44,328 nucleotides of DNA. Source: Octopus bimaculoides (lineage: Eukaryota). Under the pieces are notes generated by a model. It was not told the DNA's origin and made no database searches. It saw only the letters and a program-made list of their open reading frames with translations. How positions within the stretch are numbered: the first letter of the stretch is position 1; the number at the start of each line of letters is the position of its first letter. The stretch is from assembly GCF_001194135.2 (NCBI RefSeq), contig NC_068987.1, forward strand, positions 36,950,430 to 36,994,757. The letters run 5' to 3'. Made by a program: the position numbers and the translations under genes. Below, piece after piece: positions 1 to 10,479 of the stretch.

Positions 1-14
1 TGTATACATATACA

Positions 15-16
15 TC

Positions 17-51
<35 letters not shown>

Positions 52-70
52 CTTTCTCTCTTTCTCTCTC
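15..70. repeat. (CT)n microsatellite
   Basis: Direct reading. Confidence 0.95.
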
Positions 71-239
71 TGTGAAAGTATCTGTCACTACAGTATCGAA
101 ATGTGATTGTTTCAGTTAGTGGAATAGTTTCATTTTTAAAGTGAAAGTATTTGACATGAGTGTTTTTGTTTCACTTTTGACACGTAATACTTAAATAGTG
201 GAGGAGATATTATGTTGCCGTGTGCTTGAACTCTGCAAG

Positions 240-390
240 AAGTTAATAATTTTTTTTGACTAAATCACAACTAAGTAAGGCATGTGTAAAATTTGAATGA
301 AATTGGTTGCGTAGTTCTCGAGTTTTAGGGATTCACACAGACAGTCAGACAGACAGACACACATTCTCATTTTTATATATATAGATATAT
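240..390 (+). mobile_element. Helitron/Helentron-like non-autonomous element 3' end
   Basis: 'tgtaaaatttgaatgaaattggttgcgtagttctcgag...cacacagacagtcagacagacagacacacattctcatttttatatatatagat' has the (ACAG)n-then-TATAGAT layout seen at the ends of Lep1/HINE-type rolling-circle elements. Recognised from memory only. Confidence 0.35.
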
Positions 391-473
391 ATATATATAA
401 TTCTATGTATATGAGGAATTATGTACATTATTTACAATGGACGGATAAGTGTCCTCACCTTGTTTGTTGTTAT

Positions 474-515
474 TACAACTTTTCGGCTGGTGTACTCCCC
501 AGCCTTCATCAGGTG
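474..515 (-). ncRNA. Minimal type I hammerhead ribozyme of the PLE terminal repeat, left copy
   Basis: Minus strand reads cac-CTGATGA-A-GGCTGG-ggagtaca-CCAGCC-GAAA-agtt-gta. The core and a 6-bp stem II are intact; the stem III C is changed to A. Confidence 0.65.
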
Positions 516-632
516 TCATATGGACTGCATATCTTTTGTATCTTTTTCGAGAGGTCTTTGACATAGGGTAGACAGACTGTGCTCAGCTTATGGGTTTCAT
601 CTTCTCTCCTCTTGGAGTGGATAATTGGAGCA

Positions 633-1007
633 AAACCACCCATAGAAGAGAATATGACCAAAAACTGCGTGTACTCTATCCCATGTGTGTACTCTATCCC
701 ATGCGTGTACTCTGTCCCATGCAATTGTGGTAGGTTATACAAATGCGAAACATGCCGCCCCCTTAAAGTAAGGGTAGAGGACATAGCTGTGACACGAAGG
801 GATGTTGAAAAATCGGGTAAAAACAGAGACCACCTCCCGCTGTGGGATAAAGTTAAAATAATCGACAGAGAACACCACTTGAAAATACGAAAATTAAAAG
901 AGGCTACATATATACTAGGACACAATAACCTCTTAAACAGACCTAATGCAGATATGAATGTAATATGGGAACCAGTATTAAGAAAAGATAAAATACAAGG
1001 TTTATAA
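633..1007 (+). pseudogene. GIY-YIG endonuclease fragment of a PLE
   Basis: VYSIPC.C...Y.GET.RPL..R and LPLWD.VKIIDRE motifs. No RT upstream in the same orientation, and the RLEEH region is damaged. Confidence 0.8.
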
Positions 1008-1181
1008 GCCCTAAAATAATGTAGTGGATAAGAGCGTGAGCTACTAACCCTCAGATTCTAAGTTCTCAAGCAGGAACTTGAAAGATATCAACATAAAAAT
1101 AACATCAGCATCATACCTTACGAATAAGAACAGTGTACCCCATTAATCAAATAAAGGGTTGGGCTCAGAATTCCACCAGAA

Positions 1182-1223
1182 TACATGATGAAGGCTGGAG
1201 AGTACATCAGCCGAAACGTTGTG
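1182..1223 (+). ncRNA. Minimal type I hammerhead ribozyme of the PLE terminal repeat, right copy
   Basis: tac-ATGATGA-A-GGCTGG-agagtaca-TCAGCC-GAAA-CGTT-gtg. Palindromic AACGTT stem III is intact; core C3 is changed to A. Confidence 0.65.
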
Positions 1224-1311
1224 ATAACAACAGACAAGGTGAGATCACCTATCCGTCCATTGTAAATAATGCATATATATATCTATCTATATATATATAT
1301 ATATATATATA

Positions 1312-1621
1312 NNNNNNNNNNNNNNNNNNNNNNNNNNNNNNNNNNNNNNNNNNNNNNNNNNNNNNNNNNNNNNNNNNNNNNNNNNNNNNNNNNNNNNNNN
1401 NNNNNNNNNNNNNNNNNNNNNNNNNNNNNNNNNNNNNNNNNNNNNNNNNNNNNNNNNNNNNNNNNNNNNNNNNNNNNNNNNNNNNNNNNNNNNNNNNNNN
1501 NNNNNNNNNNNNNNNNNNNNNNNNNNNNNNNNNNNNNNNNNNNNNNNNNNNNNNNNNNNNNNNNNNNNNNNNNNNNNNNNNNNNNNNNNNNNNNNNNNNN
1601 NNNNNNNNNNNNNNNNNNNNN
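1312..1621. other. Assembly gap
   Basis: N run following a (TA)n tract. Confidence 0.99.
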
Positions 1622-1785
1622 TTTACGTCTCCATAACATTGTGGTTCCGTAAAAGGGATCGGTAGAATAAGCATGAAGTTTTAAAAGAAAAGTACTAGGA
1701 TCGTTTTGTTCGACAAAAATTCCTCAAGGTGGTACCCCAGCATGGCCGCAGTATAATGTCTGGAACACGTAAAAGATAAAAGATA
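1622..1785 (+). mobile_element. SINE family A, 3' half
   Basis: Matches 12740-12900 and 37260-37440: 'tttacgtc.cc.taac...tagaataag...gttcgac.aaa...aaggcggt.c.ccagcatggccgcagt', ending in an (AAAGATA) tail. Confidence 0.8.
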
Positions 1786-2594
1786 CCTTTAAGTTATGTA
1801 TATTTTTCTTTGCAACTAAAGTTGTTTTCTTTTCCATCTCGTAGTTTTCCTAAAATTAAGTTCACTCGCTAGTTATGCCTCTAAATTACCTCATCCCTTT
1901 CTATTAAAATCCAAATTTCTCTTAATTAGCTTTTACTTTCTAACTGTTTTCCCTGTCTCTTATATTTTTTTCCCTGTGCTCCTCCAATGATATCCCACTC
2001 CTGCAACTAATACCCTTCTATCCTATGCATTTTAAAATTATATGAAATCGTTTAATCTAATATATTTGAAAAAGACTATGCGTTCATTGCAATTTTAGCT
2101 ATACCTCCCATCATTCGATTAATAATCTCATATAGAGCGAAACATAAGGTCATCTGTTACGAATCACGTTTATTTTAATGTAATATACAATATATATGTA
2201 TAAGCGAAAACATACCTATATATTAATATATATATATATACACTTTTATATTAATCATACGGATATATGCCTATTGCTACATAATGTTTGTATGTGCTTA
2301 TGTTTATTGCTGGTTGTGTCTGCTTGTGTTTGTGCGTTTACCTCTATGTTTCTGTCTGTCGTTGCGTCTATGTGATATGTGAGCGTCGTCAATATCCTCC
2401 GCTAGTTTCAATAAATTTCTATCTACTCCAACTGTCTTACAACAATTTATTCTTTTATTGCATCTGTCAGCCATTATCTGGAATTTTGACTCCCATTATT
2501 ATATAACGCAGTTATAAGTGTTATTGTTCCGAATGTATTGTTGATGGGAGTGATTATGGTAATGTTGCTGATGATGATGTTGATGTTGTTGGTT

Positions 2595-2653
<59 letters not shown>

Positions 2654-2736
2654 ATGTTAATAACAGTATTTTCAAACGCCGTTGGGATTATTTTTACACT
2701 TTGTATATTACCATTACTGTTAAGAACTATTTTATC

Positions 2737-2797
<61 letters not shown>
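2595..2797. repeat. Two (AGT)n microsatellites (2595-2653, 2737-2797)
   Basis: Direct reading. Confidence 0.95.
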
Positions 2798-2854
2798 TTT
2801 TGTGTGCAGATCTCACTTTTCATTTTCATCCTTCCAGGTTCGATAAGGAAAGTA

Positions 2855-3016
2855 GGTGGCGAGCCGGCAGAGTCGGCATTTCGTCCGACTTTACTTTCTG
2901 ATTTCAAATTCCGCCGGGGTCAAATTTGCATTTCATCATTTGGAGGTTGACTTATTGGACTTACCCATTCCTCCGAAATTGCTGGCCTTGTGCCAAAATT
3001 TGAAACCATTATTATT
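2855..3016 (+). mobile_element. SINE family B, internally deleted
   Basis: 'ggtggcgagccggcaga...ttcaaattccgccggggtc...ggccttgtgccaaaatttgaaaccattatt', similar to 5344-5560. Confidence 0.8.
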
Positions 3017-3320
3017 ACCTCTGCCTTAGCGAAGGTGGAGGAATTGTTTTCGGTGATGTTTGTTTGTTCATTTGTCAGTGGACAAGATATCTCATGAACC
3101 GATGGATGGATTCAGATGAAACTTTCGGGGATATTTGGCCTTGTGACTGGCACGAACTGATTCGATTTTGGGACCGATCCGGTACGGGACAAGGATTCTG
3201 AGTTATTTTTCAGGTTTTTTGCTTAATTTTTGAGAGCGGCCGGTTTCGTTTTTAGTATTCTCGTTTGTTGAGTTTATTTCAGATATTCTCATTTTAAAAA
3301 ATCATGTCTGGCTAACCCTT
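3010..3320 (+). mobile_element. HINE/DINE-1-like (Helentron-associated) non-autonomous element
   Basis: Starts 'ttattacctctgcc-ttagcgaa-ggtggagg' (5' inverted repeat), then (GTTT)n, 'gatatctcatgaaccgatggatggattcagatgaaacttt' and 'gattttgggaccgatccgg'. This is the typical layout of these repeats. Confidence 0.55.
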
Positions 3321-3399
3321 GACAGGGCGTTTGTGTTGTTTTTCGAATCATTTGATTCCGAGCTGTGTTGGGCCCAGCAAACAGAAAATTGCGTAGAAT

Positions 3400-3860
3400 C
3401 TCTTCCTTGGTCTTTTCCATTTAAGTTTAATAGACTTCCATCTGTGAGAGACTGAAAGTTTGCACCTTCAAGGTAATCCTTAAAAGCATGTTGGATAGTT
3501 ATCGTAAAAATATAGCAAAAAGTACTGGAACTAAAACACAACTCTGGTTCCAGCGGAAACAGAAAATTCCCCTGAATATTGATTGTTAGATATCACTGTT
3601 GCCATTATTCCGTCGCGCAAAGATACTACTACCCTTGTCATTTTATCGAAATTTTCCAAAGCGCCTACCCGATTCACTGTATCAAAGGCCTTGATCAAGT
3701 CGACAAAGACCATCTATTTTGCACAAGTGCTTTTTTTTTCTTGAACTTAACTTAGGGAAGAAATACTGTGAACTGTGCCTCTCCCAACACGAAATCTACA
3801 TTGGTATTCAGGTGACGGCTTTTTTTGTCTGGGAAAGATCACAAGAGAGTTCACTTAACT
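3400..3860 (-). mobile_element. RTE-clade LINE reverse transcriptase fragment
   Basis: Across frameshifts: LPEYQCRFRVGRGT..., MVFVDLIKAFDTVNR, LRDGIMATVISNNQYSGEFSV, QHAFKDYLEG..F..LTDGSLLNL. Confidence 0.85.
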
Positions 3861-3909
3861 TCTTGATTCTCTGTGGTTGTTACGCAAAAACTATGGCTTT
3901 TAGCCCAAT

Positions 3910-4114
3910 NNNNNNNNNNNNNNNNNNNNNNNNNNNNNNNNNNNNNNNNNNNNNNNNNNNNNNNNNNNNNNNNNNNNNNNNNNNNNNNNNNNNNNNNNNN
4001 NNNNNNNNNNNNNNNNNNNNNNNNNNNNNNNNNNNNNNNNNNNNNNNNNNNNNNNNNNNNNNNNNNNNNNNNNNNNNNNNNNNNNNNNNNNNNNNNNNNN
4101 NNNNNNNNNNNNNN
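3910..4114. other. Assembly gap
   Basis: N run. Confidence 0.99.
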
Positions 4115-4138
4115 CCAATCATGTACATCATATAATTA

Positions 4139-5225
4139 GGTCAAATCCCAATTTTTTAGGATAAAACGGATTTGTGCTGATATAGGGGATTACTGGAAAT
4201 TACAGTGAATTACGATTAAAGAAAATTGCAGATGACATAGCTAAAATTAGCAAGAAAATTCGAACTATCACACATAGTTTTAGCAGCCGAAGTAAAAGTA
4301 AAATTGAATTCCTTTAGTGATTAACTGGCACTGAGATTTCGTTGGCATTTCAAAAGTGTTGCATGAAAGTTACCAGCATATTTCAGAAAAATATCGTCGA
4401 TTCAACCAAATATTCCCTCGTCCCCCTATTTTAGCCTTTAGACGCAATAAAAACATAAGAGAGCTATTAATCACTATCTCTAACCCCAAAAAACTACCAT
4501 TGGAATTTCTGAAAGCTGCACTCCGAAAGACAGCCGCAAGAGAGGTATGCCCTGTTTATTGTGCTACAACATGATTCAAGTCAATTCCATCACAAATCAT
4601 AACAGGAATGTTATGATTTATACAGAAGGTGGAACGTATAAAGATTCCTGTTTGATGTACACAGCGGAATGCACGAAACACAACTTGATTTATATTGGTT
4701 GCGCAACAGAACAATTAAATAAAAGATTCAATTGACATATGTTTGACGTCACGCAAAATAACAGTATTTCTATGGAACTGGTCGAACATTTTACATCAAA
4801 CGGCTCTAATTTTTAGAAACATTCTCAGAAATTATTCCGACTCTACTGCACTCTCAGTCCTCAAAACGTATGAGAATAAATATATTTGCGAATTGCTAAC
4901 GTCACGCTCTGGAGGAATGAATAAAATGACAGACGGGTTTCATTCCATGTACACAAAACTGTTTGACTAAGTATTCTCCTTACTGTTTTCTTTCTTTCTT
5001 TTTCCTTGTTACCAGTTATGTAAAAGTGAAAACTAATTACCTCATTTTGTCTAAAAAGAAACGCAAAATACTCCCATTCGTATTTTGAATTTTTGTATTT
5101 CTACCTCCTTTTTATTTTACATTTTGACCGTGAAGAAAACAAACAATCAGTCGAAATACTGTTCAATTCAATGAACAGAGTCGATCTCCTTTTATTAAAA
5201 ATCGCATCACGCTCTCCTTATTATT
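4139..5225 (+). mobile_element. Second Penelope-like element, 3' part (Neptune-like, Cys-containing linker plus GIY-YIG)
   Basis: Frameshifted: GQ..FRIKRICAD, IFPRPPILAFRRNKNIRELL, C..C linker, GGTYKDSCLMYTAECTKHNLIYIG.ATEQLNKRFN, ELVEHF, YENKYICELLT..SGGMN. A pyrimidine-rich 3' UTR follows. Confidence 0.8.
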
Positions 5226-5247
5226 CATTATTATTATTATTATTGTT

Positions 5248-5340
<93 letters not shown>
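5219..5340. repeat. (ATT)n/(ATC)n microsatellite
   Basis: Direct reading. Confidence 0.95.
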
Positions 5341-5343
5341 GTA

Positions 5344-5560
5344 AAGGCAGTGAGCTGGCAGAATCATTAGCACGCCGGGCCAAATGCTTAGCGGTATTTC
5401 GCCCGTCGCTACGTTCTGAGTTCAAATTCCGCCGCGGTCAAATTGCCTTTCATTCTTTCGGGGTCGTTAACTTAAGTATCAGTTGAGTACTGGGGTCAAT
5501 GTGATCGACTGTCTCCCTCCTCTCAAAATCGAGGCCGTGTACTTATTGTAGAAAGAATTA
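5344..5560 (+). mobile_element. SINE family B, near full length (tRNA-derived head)
   Basis: A-box-like 'gagctggcagaatc', B-box-like 'gagttcaaattcc', central 'gcctttcattctttcggggtcg...taagta.cagtt...ctggggtc', ATT tail. Many homologous copies in the window. Confidence 0.9.
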
Positions 5561-5574
5561 TTATTATCATTATT

Positions 5575-7833
5575 GTCATTGTCTTTGCACAGCTTCTAAT
5601 ACTGGAGATGTTTGCTCTGTCAAGTCAATACTTGTTGCAACGTGTCCAATGGACAAGCCTAGCTATATTGTGGTGGCGTCTCTTATATTCCTTCTGGGCT
5701 AGTGGCGTACATTGACTGGTAATATGCCATACGGTTTCCCCGTTTTGTCCACAGATTCTGCACGTATCACTTTCTGCTGTGTTGTCTATCCTGTATTTCT
5801 TGTAGTTTGTTCTTAGTGCTTGCTCTTGGGCAGCACAGATTAGAGCCTCCGTTCCCGATTTTACATCACTTTTAGTCATCCACAGCCATCTGTTTTCTCT
5901 GTCTGTCTTATCTTCAACATCTCTATAAAAGTGACCATGCATTCTTTTCTTTTTCCACCTATTTTCAGTTTCATTCGTTTTCAATTTCTTGACCTACACA
6001 AGCCTGATCTTCTTACTTCTAATAATAGCAGTTCTGAGGCATTTTTACATACCATGCTATTTTGTTTTTTCTGCTCTAATGCTGTGTTCGCATCCAATAA
6101 GTCCTCTTCCCCCTCTTTTTCTTGGTACATACAGTCTGTCAGAGTCACTTTTTGGGTGGAGTGACTTATATCTAGTTAGCAACTTCCTTGTCTTTCTGTC
6201 TCAGCTGTTTAGTTCGTCTACTGTCCATGCGATTACCCCTGCTCCATATCTAAGGATTGAAACCGCCCAGGTGTTGATAGCTTCGATTTTATTCCGTCCG
6301 TTTAATTTCGATTTAAGGATCAGTCTCAGTCTACGCAAGTACTCCACCTTAAATTTTTCTGTCGTTTGTTTCTGCATCTATTTATCCATTTCCAAAATCC
6401 CCAAGTACTTATAGCCCGACTCTTCTATCTGCTTCATAACGTCCCTCGACGATATCGTTAGCCCGTCCATACATTTGATTTTGCCTCTCTTCAAGACTAA
6501 CACACCACACTTTCTCAGTCCGAACTCCATTCTGATATCAGCACTGAAAGTATACACCGTATCAACGAGGGAACTGACTTGGGCTTCATCTTTACTATAA
6601 AGTTTGAGGTCATCCATGAATAACAAATGGTTGACTTTTTATTAGCGGCTTTTGAATACATACCAAGCTTTTGCTGTCCTCGGAATCAGTGTTAGTGATA
6701 TCAAGCACAGTACAAAATCAGTGGGGAAGGAAGTCCCCTTGGAGGATGCCACCCCCCCCCCCNNNNNNNNNNNNNNNNNNNNNNNNNNNNNNNNNNNNNN
6801 NNNNNNNNNNNNNNNNNNNNNNNNNNNNNNNNNNNNNNNNNNNNNNNNNNNNNNNNNNNNNNNNNNNNNNNNNNNNACTGTCCCTAAACTTCTTCCGTAT
6901 GCTGTCAGGTCCGTCCTCCAATTCGTCATACTTTTTGCAAGCAATCGCTCAACATTCGATGCAATACCAAATAGGTTTATACACTCCATAATCCAAGAAT
7001 ATGGAATCATATCGTACGCCTTATGATAGTCGGTCCATGACATGGCTAAGTTACTTTTCCTCCTCTAGCAGTCTCTGAGTACAGTTTTGTCTATCAGGAG
7101 TTGATCCTTGGTATCTCTACACTTACACTTGCAATCCTTCTGCTCATGTGGCAGGACTCCACATTTTTTTTCCAGATATTCGTACATTGACTCTGCGAGT
7201 ATTCCAATCAATAATTTCCACATAGGTGGCAAACAAGATATCGGCCTGTAATTGTCTACCGTATTTCCTTTTTCGATGTTTTTTAGGCACAGCACTGTCC
7301 TACCCAATGTCAACCACTCTGGTGTTACTTGGTCGGCATTTAAGAAGATGTTGAGTTGTGCAGCTATTCATGCATGACATTCACCAAATCTTTTGATCCA
7401 GTAGCCTTGAACTCCATCTGGTCCCGGGGCCTTCCATTTGCTCATTTGTCTGCTGATTTCCTTCACTTCCCTCACTGAAATGACTAGTTTTGCATGTTTT
7501 GGACAGACTACTGTTTGTTTCAGTTCTTGCAACCATTCAACATCCTTCTTGTGCTCTTTGTCCTTGCTCCAAATGTCACTCCAAAACCTTTGACTCTCTA
7601 TTTATTTCTTTATAGAATCTTCTTTATAGAATCTACTCTGAATAATCTATTCTGGTGGTAACCCTTCATTCTTTGGTCGTATCTTACCATCTTTGCTTTC
7701 TTTGCAACGAGGCGCTGTTTCGGTTCCTCCACTACTACTTTCAGGTCCCACTTTCTTTCAGTATTATACTACCTTTTCAGCGCCCTATATTTTTGTTCGC
7801 TTTTAAGCTCCCCTTTCTCTTGAATATAAGTGT
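5575..7833 (-). mobile_element. R4/Dong-like RLE LINE remnant (family 1): pre-RT region, RT and CCHC knuckle, no endonuclease
   Basis: EE.KQRLVAKKAKMVRYDQR...[117 protein letters not shown]. Multiple frameshifts; N gap at 6763-6876. Confidence 0.9.
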
Positions 7834-7852
7834 ATCATCATCATCATCATCA

Positions 7853-7923
<71 letters not shown>
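7834..7923. repeat. (ATC)n(ATT)n microsatellite
   Basis: Direct reading. Confidence 0.95.
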
Positions 7924-8170
7924 GAAGGCGGCGAGCTGGCAGAATCGGTAGCACGCCGGGCCAAATGCTTATCGGTATTTCGTTCTGAGTTCAAATTCCG
8001 CCGAGATCAACTTTGCCTTTCATCCTTTCAGAGTCGATTAAATAAATACCAGTTACGCACTGAAGTCGATGTAATCGACTTACCCCTTCCCTCCAAATTT
8101 CAGGCCTTGCAATCGACTAACCACCTCCCCCAAAATCTCAGGCCTTGTGCCTTTAGTAGAAAGGATTATC
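7924..8170 (+). mobile_element. SINE family B with duplicated 3' segment
   Basis: Homologous to 5344-5560; the 'aatcgact...ccc.ccaaa.t.caggccttg' segment occurs twice (8072-8150). Confidence 0.9.
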
Positions 8171-8991
8171 ATTACTGTGTTTGCAGTGATAATCAGAAAT
8201 AGATAGACAAACACCTCCCCACCCATTAATTCCAACATATGGTGCCACAGTTCGGTTGCGCAAAGAGAAAGAAATAATTACAGATAAAGAAAGATACCAG
8301 ATGAAAGTAAGAAAATTCATCAAAAGACAACAAAAACCAACAAAAACAGAAAGGGAGGAATAATTTCTTTCAAATGACAACGAAGTCCTTCCTCAAGAAA
8401 ATGAGGAAGAAAGTGCAGGAAACGAAAACGAATTTTGAAAACCAAATTGATAGCTGTTAGACAAAATAACGCTTCTCTAATGCCACAGAATTTCCGAAGT
8501 TGTAACAAAAAATATTTAGGGTCAGATTCTAAACAACATTCAAATGACAGATTACTATCAGAAAAAGAATACTCAATATCACTATATTTTTCCGCACCAA
8601 ATGTCTCCTAACATACTCACTAGTGCATTCGGTTGCACTCGAGCACAGTTTGTGAAACGGTTAAGTGAATGGGATCATGGAGTACTTCAACTTTGCCAGA
8701 AAATATTTTTTGTCTTATTTCTTTATAGACATATTTTGCTTTAGTTAATTTGTTTAACTGTAAGTTTCGTTTAGAAATATGTGTACATGTATGCATATAT
8801 ATGTGCATATGCGTACATGTATGTATATATGTGTATTTTGTACCTTTAAAACTGTTAATACGTTTGCCATATGCTGTATAATGTCTTTCACTCCCTCCTT
8901 TCATAATTTATAAACGTTATCTTTTCCTTGTGTCTAACTCTTAGTAAAAGTTTTTTTATTTATTTTTGTATTTCTCAAGTTAATAGAGAAA

Positions 8992-9077
8992 ATATCATCA
9001 TCATCATCGTCATCATCATCATTATCACCATCATTATCATCATCATCATTATCACCATTATTATCATCATCATCGTT

Positions 9078-9111
<34 letters not shown>

Positions 9112-9186
9112 CCATTATTATCATCATCATCATCATCACCATCATTATCATCATCATTATCATTATCTTTATTATTATTATTAATA

Positions 9187-9232
<46 letters not shown>
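8992..9232. repeat. Compound (ATC)n/(ATT)n microsatellite
   Basis: Direct reading; the poly-Ile/Met ORFs here are artefacts. Confidence 0.95.
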
Positions 9233-9233
<1 letters not shown>

Positions 9234-10144
9234 AGTACTGCAACTTTTTATGACGTTGCTATTATTAACAAATTATTGTTGTTATTTTTGACGATATTAT
9301 TACTGACTTTACAACCACCTGCAGGTTGTACACTAAGTCTTATTGTATATTTTGATTCTTTTCATTTCAATTTATTCAGCTTTATTCTACTATACAAAAT
9401 ATACATTTTTTTAGTACTTTATTTTGTTAACCAAAATTCTTGGCGACAGACATTAAAAGTTTTGAATTTCTCAGGATTTCGTGATGCGAATAAACGTTAG
9501 TTTAGGTTAATCACTTACACACTTGTATGTTTGCTTAATATAATAACTTGCTTCTCCATTTTAAACGTTTTTTTTTTTTTTTCTCTTTATAATGTTTTGG
9601 TGATTGTTACCTTCGAGGCTGCTATTAGAAAGATGTCATAACAGTTGGTGAGCTATTATTTTTTTGGCTTTTGGTTTTTGTTTTATTGTATTTTGTTTCG
9701 TTGTTGTTGTTTTTTTTCTTTGTTGTTTTTTTTTAGATTTTATAATTTTTCCACAAACGATCAACCTGTGTAAGAATGAAATCTATTTTGAATAACAAAA
9801 GTGAAAACCGCCATTGAGAATCTCCACAACTTAAGAATTTAGATAAGCACTCGATGGTGCATTTGCATATGAATGTTTTATTCAAATTTAATTACAATAT
9901 ACTTAACACACTTTTTGAATGAACTCGTCCACACTTCTCTCACAGTCACTTTGATATATTCCGGCAGTCAAAAGAAAAAAACATTCTGTTAGCAACATAC
10001 ATACCTAAACTTCAGTTACAGGAAATATCTCAAATGAATTTCATAGGCGTTAGTTTAAGAAATATCACAGGAGCAATGGTTTAACCAGATGTTGGTGATG
10101 GTTTTAATAACAACATCAACAATAATAATAGCGTGACAATATTT

Positions 10145-10240
10145 GTTTGAAATAGGGACAAGGACAGAAATTTGGGAGAAGGGGGATCTAGTTAATTAAA
10201 TCGATCCTAGTTCTTGACTGCTACTTCATTTCTTTGAAAC
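10145..10240 (-). mobile_element. SINE family B 3' fragment, degenerate
   Basis: Reverse complement resembles the family B tail ('actaggatcgatttaattaactagatccccc...ccttgtccc...ttcaaa'). Confidence 0.5.
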
Positions 10241-10261
10241 CTAATTATTATCATTATTATT

Positions 10262-10475
10262 ACGGTTGGCACTGGCACAATCGTTAGCACGCTGAACAAA
10301 TGCTTAGCAGCATTTCGTCCGTCTTTACATTCTGAGTTCAAATTCCGCCGAGGTAGACTTTACCTTTCATTCTTTCCATAAAATAAGTACGATTTGAGTA
10401 CAAGAGTCAATCTAATCGCTTTATCCTCTCCCCGAAATTGCTGGCCTTGTGCTAAAATTTGAAATCATTATTATG
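10262..10475 (+). mobile_element. SINE family B
   Basis: 'ggcactggcacaatcgttagcacg...gagttcaaattccgccgagg...ggccttgtgctaaaatttgaaatcattatt'. Confidence 0.85.
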
Positions 10476-10479
10476 ATTA

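Larger units (their letters stand above)
421..1276 (+). mobile_element. Penelope-like retroelement remnant with inverted left arm
   Basis: + strand 633-1007 encodes KPP..NMTKNCVYSIPC..CGRLYKCETCRPLKVR..DHLPLWDKVKIIDREHH.KIRKLKEA, a GIY-YIG endonuclease. The - strand at ~512-615 encodes STVCLPYVKDLSKKIQKICSPYD, the PLE RT-to-EN linker. 421-515 is the reverse complement of 1182-1276. Confidence 0.85.

Noticed and set aside
5219-8170. SINE-LINE-SINE arrangement read as an LTR-like or composite element
   Set aside because: The two flanking SINE B copies differ by many substitutions and indels and have different tails; independent insertions into ATT arrays explain it.
8200-8600. Lys/Glu-rich interrupted frames on the + strand
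   Set aside because: No recognisable domain; may be TE-derived, but cannot be classified.
8928-9500. 190-aa poly-Ile ORF and similar poly-Leu/Val/Thr/Tyr ORFs
   Set aside because: Translations of (ATC)/(ATT)/(AGT) microsatellites.
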